A program made the position numbers and the translations under genes. 32,000 nt of DNA from Cereibacter sphaeroides 2.4.1 (lineage in GTDB: Bacteria > Pseudomonadota > Alphaproteobacteria > Rhodobacterales > Rhodobacteraceae), in NCBI RefSeq assembly GCF_000012905.2, contig NC_007494.2, positions 330,001 to 362,000 on the forward strand, given 5' to 3'. Below are positions 21,018-28,410 of the stretch, piece by piece. A model generated the notes under the pieces. That model saw only the letters and a program-made list of their open reading frames with translations, had not been told where the DNA came from and searched no databases. Each line of letters starts with the position of its first letter. The stretch's first letter is position 1.

Positions 21018-22619
21018 TCAAACCCGCTGCCGGGCATCCTCGAGGATCATCTCGGCCGCCTTCTCGGCAATCATGAGGGTGGGCGAGTTGGTGTTTCCCG
21101 AGGTGATGGCCGGCATGATCGACGCATCCGCGATCCTGAGGCCGCCGAGCGCCCGGAACTTCAGCCGCGGATCGACGACGCTCGCCGGATCCGACCCCAT
21201 GCGGCAGGTGCCGACCGGGTGGAAGATCGTGGTGCCGATGCGGCCCGCGGCGGCGACCAGCGCCTCGCGCGTGTCGTGCTCGGCTCCCGGACGGTATTCC
21301 TCGGGGTGAAACCGCGCGAAGGCGGGCTGCGAGGCGATATGGCGCGCAATCTGGATCGAGCGCACCGCCACCTCGCGGTCGCCCTCGGTCGAAAGATAAT
21401 GCGGCGCGATGGCGGGCTGGCGCGCGGGATCGGGGCTTTTCAGATGGACGCTGCCGCGGCTTTCGGGGCGCAGGTTGCAGACGCTCGCCGTCATGCCGGG
21501 GAAGGGGTGGACCTTGTCGCCGAACTTGTCGAGCGAGACCGGCTGGACATGGAACTCGAGATCGGGCGTGGCCTTCTCGGAGCCGGAGCGGGTGAAGATC
21601 CCGACCTGACTCGGTGCCATCGACATCGGCCCCGAGCGGCGCAGGAGATATTCCGCCCCGATCGCGGCGCGACCGAAGAGGCTGGTGGCCTTCTCGTTCA
21701 GCGTGGGCACGCCCCGCACCTTGAAGACGAGGCGGAGCTGCAGGTGATCCTGCAGGTTCGCACCTACGCCCGGCACGGCGACCTGCGGCTCGACGCCCGC
21801 CGCGCGCAGCACCTCGGGATCGCCGATGCCCGAAAGCTCCAGAATGTGCGGCGAGCCGATGGCACCCGCCGCAAGCACCGTCTCGCGCCGCGCCCGGGCC
21901 TCGTGCAGGGTGCCGCCCTGCCGGTAGAGCACGCCCCGCACCTCGCCCGCCTCGACGATCAGCCGCTCAACCTGCGCCTCGGTCACGACGCGCAGGTTCG
22001 GGCGGGAGAGGGCGGGCTTCAGGAAGGCCTTGGCCGTGTTCCAGCGGATGCCGGACCTCTGGTTCACGTCGAAATAGCCGCCGCCCTCGTTCGAGCCGCG
22101 GTTAAAATCCTCGGTCCGCGGGATGCCCGCCTGCTCGGCCGCATCGAGGAAAGCATCGAGTACCGCCCAGCGGACCCGCGCCCGTTCCACCCGCCATTCG
22201 CCGCCCGCGCCGTGATGTTCGCTTTCGCCGCGGTGATGGTCCTGCTGGCGGCGGAAGAGGGGCAGCACATCGTCCCAGCCCCAGCCGGTGCAGCCCATCT
22301 GGCGCCAGCCGTCGTAATCCTCGGCCTGACCGCGCATGTAGATCATGCCGTTGATCGAGGAACAGCCGCCGAGCACCTTGCCGCGGGGGTAGATCAGGCT
22401 GCGACCTTCCAGCCCTTCCTCGGGCTCGGTGGTGAAGCACCAGTCGGTGCGGGGATTGTTGATGCAGTAGAGATAGCCCACCGGGATATGCACCCAGTGG
22501 TAATTGTCGCGCTTGCCCGCCTCGATCAGCAGCACGCGGTTCGAGGGATCCTTGGACAGGCGGTTCGCCAGTACGCAGCCCGCGCTGCCCGCCCCCACGA
22601 TGATGTAATCGGCCTCCAT
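21018..22619 (-). CDS. GMC-family FAD-dependent oxidoreductase (choline/alcohol dehydrogenase-like)
   Basis: MEADYIIVGAGSAGCVLANRLS (FAD fold), GGCSSINGMIYMRG and the C-terminal TTIFHPVGTCRMG...GLRIADASIMP...NTNSPTLMIAEKAA are GMC signatures. I chose the start at 22619 (MEADY), 1 nt after the stop of the upstream permease gene. The track start at 22667 would overlap that gene. Confidence 0.85.
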   Translation of the reverse strand: MEADYIIVGAGSAGCVLANRLSKDPSNRVLLIEAGKRDNYHWVHIPVGYLYCINNPRTDWCFTTEPEEGLEGRSLIYPRGKVLGGCSSINGMIYMRGQAEDYDGWRQMGCTGWGWDDVLPLFRRQQDHHRGESEHHGAGGEWRVERARVRWAVLDAFLDAAEQAGIPRTEDFNRGSNEGGGYFDVNQRSGIRWNTAKAFLKPALSRPNLRVVTEAQVERLIVEAGEVRGVLYRQGGTLHEARARRETVLAAGAIGSPHILELSGIGDPEVLRAAGVEPQVAVPGVGANLQDHLQLRLVFKVRGVPTLNEKATSLFGRAAIGAEYLLRRSGPMSMAPSQVGIFTRSGSEKATPDLEFHVQPVSLDKFGDKVHPFPGMTASVCNLRPESRGSVHLKSPDPARQPAIAPHYLSTEGDREVAVRSIQIARHIASQPAFARFHPEEYRPGAEHDTREALVAAAGRIGTTIFHPVGTCRMGSDPASVVDPRLKFRALGGLRIADASIMPAITSGNTNSPTLMIAEKAAEMILEDARQRV

Positions 22620-22620
22620 C

Positions 22621-23628
22621 TCAGCTCTCCGACCGGAAGCCGAGCCGGCGGCCGAGGCGCGAGGCATAGAACTCGCCCACGATCCCGCGGCGGAAGAGCA
22701 GCACGCAGGCCATGAAGACGAGGCCGGTGATGATCGTGACCGGGAATTGCGAGGTGGCGAGGTAGTTCTGCAGCGTCACCACCAGTGCCGAGCCCACGAC
22801 CGGCCCGACGAGCGTGCCGATCCCGCCGAGGAGCGTCATCAGGATGACCTCGCCCGACATCTGCCAGCCCACATCGGTGAGGGTGGCGAACTGGAAGACC
22901 AGCGCCTTGACCCCGCCCGCGAGGCCCGCCAGCGCGGCAGACATCACGAAGGCGCCGAGCTTGTATTCCGCGACCGAATAGCCGAGCGAGATCGCCCGAG
23001 GCTCGTTCTCGCGAATGGCCTTCAGGATCATGCCGAAGGGCGAATTCACGAAGCGCCAGATCGCGAGCATGCCCAGCGTGAAGGTGCCCAGCACGAAGAA
23101 ATACATGTTGGTCGCGTTCGAGAGGTCGATGACGCCGAAGAGATGGCCGCGCGGGACCGACTGGATCCCGTCCTCGCCATGGGTGAAGGCCGCCTGCAGG
23201 CAGAAGAAGAAGAACATCTGGCTGAGGGCGAGCGTGATCATGGCGAAGTAGATCCCCTGCCGCCGGATCGCGATGACCCCCATCAGGAGCCCCAGAGCCG
23301 CCGCGCCCGCCACGCCCAGAAGGATGCCGAACTCGGGCGGCCAGCCCCACACCTTCACCGCATGGGCGGTGAAATAGGCCGAGCCGCCGAAGAAGGTGGC
23401 ATGGCCGAAGGAGAGAAGGCCCGTGTAGCCCAGAAGCAGGTTGAAGGCGGCCGCGAACAGGGCGAAGCACAGCAGCTTCATCAGGAAGATCGGATAGAGG
23501 AAGAAGGGGGCCGCGATCAGCGCCGCGGCGGCGATCAGGAGCAGCACGATCTTCAGCGTGCCGGCCCGGGGATGGGCGGCCACCGCAGGGGCGGCCGGAG
23601 ATGCAGAACCGCGCGCCATGTCACGCAT
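22621..23628 (-). CDS. branched-chain-amino-acid-type (HAAT) ABC transporter permease, LivM-like
   Basis: FNLLLGYTGLLSFGHATFFGGSAYF and multiple TM segments. Alternative start at 23619 (fourth codon). Confidence 0.85.
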   Translation of the reverse strand: MRDMARGSASPAAPAVAAHPRAGTLKIVLLLIAAAALIAAPFFLYPIFLMKLLCFALFAAAFNLLLGYTGLLSFGHATFFGGSAYFTAHAVKVWGWPPEFGILLGVAGAAALGLLMGVIAIRRQGIYFAMITLALSQMFFFFCLQAAFTHGEDGIQSVPRGHLFGVIDLSNATNMYFFVLGTFTLGMLAIWRFVNSPFGMILKAIRENEPRAISLGYSVAEYKLGAFVMSAALAGLAGGVKALVFQFATLTDVGWQMSGEVILMTLLGGIGTLVGPVVGSALVVTLQNYLATSQFPVTIITGLVFMACVLLFRRGIVGEFYASRLGRRLGFRSES

Positions 23629-24508
23629 CCTTTCCGAAGAGTCCCGCAGGCCGCAGGATCAGGACGATCGCCATGATGACGAAGATCACGATGTTCGAGG
23701 CCTCGGGATAGAAGACCTTGGTGAGCCCCTCGGCGATGCCGAGCAGATAGCCGGTCACGATCGCGCCGAGGATCGAGCCCATGCCTCCCACCACGACGAC
23801 CGCGAAGACGACGATGATGAGGTTCGACCCCATGAGCGGCGAGACCTGATAGACCGGCGCGGCCAGCACGCCCGCAAAGCCCGCGAGCGCCGCGCCCAGC
23901 CCGTAGGTGAAGGTCAGAAGCAGCGGCACATTGACCCCGAAGCTCTGGACCAGCACCGGATTTTCCGTCGCGGCCCGCAGATAGGCGCCGAGCTTCGTCT
24001 TTTCGATCAGAAGCCAGACGCCGAGGCAGACGGCGAGCGAGGCCACAACCACCCAGCCGCGATAGATCGGCAGGAACATGAAGCCGAGATTGACCGCTCC
24101 GGTCAGTGCGGCCGGCGGCGAATAGGGCTGGCCCGAGGTGCCGAAGAACCAGCGGAACGTGCCTTCGAGCGTGAGCGCAAGGCCGAAGGTGAAGAGCAGC
24201 CCGTAGAGCGGGTCGAGCTTGTAGAGCCGCGAGAGCATGGTGCGCTCGATCAGCGCGCCGCCCAGACCCACGATGAGCGGGGCGAGGATCAGCGCGGGCC
24301 AGTAGCCGATCCCGGTCTGGGTGAGCAGGAGGAGCGCCGCGAAGGCGCCGGCCATATATTGCGCGCCATGGGCGAAGTTGATGACCCGGAGAAGGCCGAA
24401 GATCACCGCAAGCCCCAGCGACAGGAGCGCATAGAACGAGCCGTTGATGAGACCCACCAGCAGCTGGCCGAAGAGGGCCGCCGTCGGAATGCCGAAGATC
24501 GTCATCAT
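23621..24508 (-). CDS. HAAT ABC transporter permease, LivH-like
   Basis: LINGSFYALLSLGLAVIFGLLRVINFAHGAQYMAGAF is the typical LivH N-terminus. 295 aa. Confidence 0.9.
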   Translation of the reverse strand: MMTIFGIPTAALFGQLLVGLINGSFYALLSLGLAVIFGLLRVINFAHGAQYMAGAFAALLLLTQTGIGYWPALILAPLIVGLGGALIERTMLSRLYKLDPLYGLLFTFGLALTLEGTFRWFFGTSGQPYSPPAALTGAVNLGFMFLPIYRGWVVVASLAVCLGVWLLIEKTKLGAYLRAATENPVLVQSFGVNVPLLLTFTYGLGAALAGFAGVLAAPVYQVSPLMGSNLIIVVFAVVVVGGMGSILGAIVTGYLLGIAEGLTKVFYPEASNIVIFVIMAIVLILRPAGLFGKDA

Positions 24509-24509
24509 C

Positions 24510-25208
24510 TCACACCCCCAGCACCGAATTCAGCATCGGCATGTTCGCGGGCAGCTCCTCGACCGGGAAATCCGCCACCATCTGTCCGTGGTCCATGAGG
24601 TAGAAACGGTCCGCAACCTTCGAGGCGAAGCGGAAATTCTGCTCGACCAGCACCACGGTCATCCCGCGGTCGCGCAGCTCGATCAGCACCTCGCCGATGC
24701 GCTGGATGATGACCGGGGCGAGCCCCTCGGTCGGCTCGTCCAGCAACAGGCAGCGCGCGCCGGTGCGCAGGATCCGCGCCATGGCGAGCATCTGCTGCTC
24801 GCCGCCCGACAGCTTGGTGCCGGGGCTCGAGCGCCGCTCCTTCAGGTTCGGAAACAGCTCGTAGATCTCGCCCACCGACATGCCGCCCTTGGCGACCACC
24901 GGGGGCAGCATCAGGTTCTCCTCGACCGAGAGCGTGGCGAAGATGCCCCGTTCCTCGGGCACGAAGCCCAGACCCTCGCGGGCGGTGCGATGCAGCGGCA
25001 CGCCCATCATGTCCTTGCCCGCGAACCGGATCGCCCCGGTGCGCTTCCTCAGGATCCCCATGATCGTGCGCAGCGTCGTGGTCTTGCCCATGCCGTTGCG
25101 ACCGAGGATGCAGATCGTCTCGCCTTCCTCGACGAACAGATCCACCCCGTGCAGGATGTGGCTCTCGCCATACCAGGCGTGAAGGCCGTTGACCTCCAGG
25201 AGCGTCAT
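24510..25208 (-). CDS. HAAT ABC transporter ATP-binding protein, LivF-like
   Basis: GRNGMGKTT, LSGGEQQMLAMARIL, LLLDEPTEGLAP. ATGA overlap with the upstream ATPase gene. Confidence 0.9.
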   Translation of the reverse strand: MTLLEVNGLHAWYGESHILHGVDLFVEEGETICILGRNGMGKTTTLRTIMGILRKRTGAIRFAGKDMMGVPLHRTAREGLGFVPEERGIFATLSVEENLMLPPVVAKGGMSVGEIYELFPNLKERRSSPGTKLSGGEQQMLAMARILRTGARCLLLDEPTEGLAPVIIQRIGEVLIELRDRGMTVVLVEQNFRFASKVADRFYLMDHGQMVADFPVEELPANMPMLNSVLGV

Positions 25209-25978
25209 GCGTCCTCCGTTCCCATATAGGCCGTGCGCACGCGCGGATCGGTGCTCACGGTGGCATAGTCGCCGTGGGCGAGGATCTCGCCCCGCTGCAG
25301 CACCGTCACCTGATGGCAGATGTCGGCGACGACGTTCAGATTGTGCTCGACCATCAGCACCGCCCGGTGGCGGGCCACCTCGCGGATGATGCCCGCCACC
25401 ATCTGCACATCCTCCTGGCCCATGCCGGCCATCGGCTCGTCGAGAAGCAGGACCTCGGGATCGAGGGCGAGGGTGGTCGCGATCTCCAGCACGCGCTTGC
25501 GCCCATAGGAAAGATCCGCCGCACGCGTGTTGAGGTAGGGCGTGAGCCCCAGTTCCTCGATCAGCACCTCGGCCCGGCCGTTCAGCCGGTCGAGCGCCGA
25601 AAGCGGCTGCCAGAACTGCACCGCGAGCTCGGCCGGGCGCTGGAGCGCCACGCGCACATTCTCGAGCACCGTCAGATGCGGGAAGACCGCTGAGATCTGG
25701 AACGAGCGCACCATTCCCATCCGCGCCACCTTGTCGGGGCGCGTGCGGGTGATGTCCGTCCCGAGCAGGGTGATCTTGCCGCGGGTCGGTTGAAGAAACT
25801 TCGTCAACAGGTTGAAGACGGTGGTCTTTCCCGCTCCGTTCGGTCCGATCAGCGCATGGATCCGCGCGTGATGGACATCGAGATCCACATTGTTGACGGC
25901 CGTGAAGCCGCCGAAATCCTTCCCGAGGCCGCGGGCGGACAGCACCACCCGCGGCTCGTGGTCTGTGACCGGCGCCAT
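25205..25978 (-). CDS. HAAT ABC transporter ATP-binding protein, LivG-like
   Basis: [41 protein letters not shown] chose the start at 25978 (MAPVTDHE...), 2 nt after the binding-protein stop. The longer track ORF would overlap that gene by 91 nt. Confidence 0.85.
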   Translation of the reverse strand: MAPVTDHEPRVVLSARGLGKDFGGFTAVNNVDLDVHHARIHALIGPNGAGKTTVFNLLTKFLQPTRGKITLLGTDITRTRPDKVARMGMVRSFQISAVFPHLTVLENVRVALQRPAELAVQFWQPLSALDRLNGRAEVLIEELGLTPYLNTRAADLSYGRKRVLEIATTLALDPEVLLLDEPMAGMGQEDVQMVAGIIREVARHRAVLMVEHNLNVVADICHQVTVLQRGEILAHGDYATVSTDPRVRTAYMGTEDA

Positions 25979-25980
25979 CG

Positions 25981-27183
25981 TCAATTCGTGACGAGCGGGC
26001 AGCCGCTCTGGGCCGGGTCGAGATAGGCCTGATCGCCCGGGATGGTGGCGAGGACGTTGTAATAGTCCCACGGCACGTCGCTCTCGCCGGGCTTCTTCAC
26101 CTCGAGCAGATAGACGTCCGAGATCATGCGCCCGTTGGCCGCGACCTTGCCGCCCTTGGCGAAGACATCCTCGACCGGCAGCTCATGCAGCTTGGCCGAG
26201 ACGGCCTCGGTCTCGTCGGTGCCCGCGGCCTCGACCGCCTTGAGATAGGAGAGCACGGCCGAGTAGGTGCCGGCATGGATCATGTTGGGCATCGCGCCGG
26301 TCCGTTCCATGAACCGCTTGCCGAACTCGGCCGATTCCTCGTTGCGGTTCCAGTAGAAGCTCTCGGTCAGCGTCAGGCCCTGCGCCGACTCGACGCCGAG
26401 CCCGTGGACCTCGGCCAGCGTGAAGAGGAGCGCCGCAAGCCGCTGGCCGCCCTGCACGATCCCGAACTCGCCCGCCTGCTTGATGGCATTCTGCGTATCG
26501 AGACCCGCATTGGCGAGGCCGATGACCTTGGCGCCGGAGGCCTGTGCCTGAAGCAGGAACGAGGAGAAGTCGGTGGTGGAAAGCGGATGGCGCACGGCGC
26601 CGAGAACCTGTCCGCCCTTCTCCTTCACGACCGCGCCGGTATTCTCTTCGAGAGAATAGCCGAAGGCATAGTCGGCGGTGAGGAAATACCAGCTGTCGCC
26701 GCCCTGTTCGACCAGCGCGCCGCCGGTGCCGATGGCCAGGGCGTGCGTGTCATAGGCCCAGTGGAAGCCGTAGGGAGAGCATTGCTTGCCCGTCAGCTCG
26801 GTCGTGGCCGCCCCGGTGGTGATGGTGACCTTCTTCTTCTCCTGCGACAGCGCCTGAACGGCGAGCGCCACCGACGAGGTGGTCAGCTCCATGATCGCGT
26901 CGACCTGCTCGGTGTCGTACCACTGGCGCGCGATGTTCGAGGCGATGTCGGCCTTGTTCTGGTGGTCGGCCGTCACGACCTCGACCTTCTTCCCGAGGAC
27001 CGAACCGCCGTAATCCTCGACCGCCATCAGCGCGGCCTCGTAGCTGTATTTGCCGCCGAAGTCCGCATAGACCCCGGACTGGTCGTTCAGGATGCCGATC
27101 TTCACAAGATCATCCGACACCTGGGCTGCCGCAGGCGCGGCCAAGGCAGCCAGCGACACCGCAGAAAGAAGGGCTTTCCGCAT
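25981..27183 (-). CDS. periplasmic substrate-binding protein, type I PBP (LivK/Leu-Ile-Val-binding family), ligand unknown
   Basis: Signal peptide MRKALLSAVSLAALAAPAAAQ, then VKIGILNDQSGVYADFGG... typical of the family. GGGAGGA RBS. Confidence 0.85.
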   Translation of the reverse strand: MRKALLSAVSLAALAAPAAAQVSDDLVKIGILNDQSGVYADFGGKYSYEAALMAVEDYGGSVLGKKVEVVTADHQNKADIASNIARQWYDTEQVDAIMELTTSSVALAVQALSQEKKKVTITTGAATTELTGKQCSPYGFHWAYDTHALAIGTGGALVEQGGDSWYFLTADYAFGYSLEENTGAVVKEKGGQVLGAVRHPLSTTDFSSFLLQAQASGAKVIGLANAGLDTQNAIKQAGEFGIVQGGQRLAALLFTLAEVHGLGVESAQGLTLTESFYWNRNEESAEFGKRFMERTGAMPNMIHAGTYSAVLSYLKAVEAAGTDETEAVSAKLHELPVEDVFAKGGKVAANGRMISDVYLLEVKKPGESDVPWDYYNVLATIPGDQAYLDPAQSGCPLVTN

Positions 27184-27342
27184 TCCATCATCCTCCCTGG
27201 GACGGTTGCAGCCCGGACCGCGAGCGCGGTTCGGGAGGGTCCGTCCTGTTCATGAATGTGCCGCACGGGTCTCCTCAAACTCCGGCGCACTGGAAGTAGG
27301 ATCAGACGTTTCGGGGCTGGACTCAAGCAATTTGTCGCAGCT

Positions 27343-27372
27343 ATTTCGGAACAAGATCTGTTCATTTTCGGA
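27343..27372. promoter_or_regulatory. candidate LysR-type operator in the divergent intergenic region
   Basis: Dyad GAAC-N7-GTTC at 27349-27363, bracketed by direct repeats ATTTCGGA (27343-27350) and ATTTTCGGA (27364-27372). Lies in an AT-enriched stretch 18-47 nt upstream of the lysR-type ATG. The interrupted dyad format is typical of LTTR sites. No experimental basis. Confidence 0.25.
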
Positions 27373-27389
27373 CAGACAAAGGGTGACGC

Positions 27390-28331
27390 ATGGGCAATTT
27401 CACATGGGACGACCTGCAGTTCTTCCTCGCGGTGGCGCGCTCGGGGCAACTGTCGCGCGCGGCGCGCCAGCTCCGCACGAGCCATGTCACCGTCTCGCGC
27501 CGCATCGACCGGCTGGAAGCCGCGCTGCGGATGCGGCTCTTCGAGCGCAACCCGCGCGGCTACGAGCTGACGCCGGTGGGTCGGCGGCTGATCGAGACGG
27601 CGGAGCGGATGGAGGCCGAGACCGAGCGGATGCAGGTCGAACTGCTGGGGGACGGGCCGGGCCAGCGCGGCGTCCTGCGCATGGCCGTGCCCGAGGGGTT
27701 CGGCAGCTGGTTCAGCCGGGTGCTGCTCGGCCCCTTCACCGAGCGGTTTCCCAACATCGCGCTCGAGCTCATCACGCTGCCGCAGATCATGTCGCTCTCG
27801 CGGCGCGAGGCGGATCTGACGGTGACGCTCGACCCTCCGAAGGCGAGTACTTACCACTCTGAGAGGATCATGGATTACACGCTGCATATCTACGCCGCCA
27901 AATCCTATCTTGCGCAGCGGCCCGAGATCCAGACCCGGGACGATCTGCTGAAACATCCTTTCATCGGATACATCGAAGAGATGATCTTTGCCCCGGGTCT
28001 GGATTATCTGGGCGAGGTCCATCCCGGCATCCGCGCCAATTTCAAGAGCTCGTCGATCTTCAACCAGCTCGCCGCGACGCAGAACGGGCTCGGGCTCTGC
28101 GTGCTGCCCTTCTACATCGGCCGGAGGGTTCCGGATCTGGAAATGATCCTGCCGCAGGAAGTGGTTCTGCGCCGAACCTACTGGCTGACCTGCCACCGCG
28201 ACGTTCGGCCGCTGCCCCGCGAACGCTCGGTCATGGCCTTCCTTCTCGAGGCCGGGCGCACCCATGGGCGCAGCATTCTCAACTCTGGCGCGACCCGAAA
28301 GGGCGATGGATCTACCACCTTCGTCCAGTAG
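27390..28331 (+). CDS. LysR-family transcriptional regulator
   Basis: N-terminal wHTH DDLQFFLAVARSGQLSRAARQLRTSHVTVSRRIDRLEAALRMRLFER, plus a C-terminal substrate-binding domain. Divergent from the Liv-like/GMC operon. Confidence 0.9.
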   Translation: MGNFTWDDLQFFLAVARSGQLSRAARQLRTSHVTVSRRIDRLEAALRMRLFERNPRGYELTPVGRRLIETAERMEAETERMQVELLGDGPGQRGVLRMAVPEGFGSWFSRVLLGPFTERFPNIALELITLPQIMSLSRREADLTVTLDPPKASTYHSERIMDYTLHIYAAKSYLAQRPEIQTRDDLLKHPFIGYIEEMIFAPGLDYLGEVHPGIRANFKSSSIFNQLAATQNGLGLCVLPFYIGRRVPDLEMILPQEVVLRRTYWLTCHRDVRPLPRERSVMAFLLEAGRTHGRSILNSGATRKGDGSTTFVQ

Positions 28332-28410
28332 CGACCCTATTGGCGTGGATCGACGGGACAAGAGCATGCTGTATTCTATCTGAAATCTGTTGCCATGCCG
28401 GGATGCGGCC

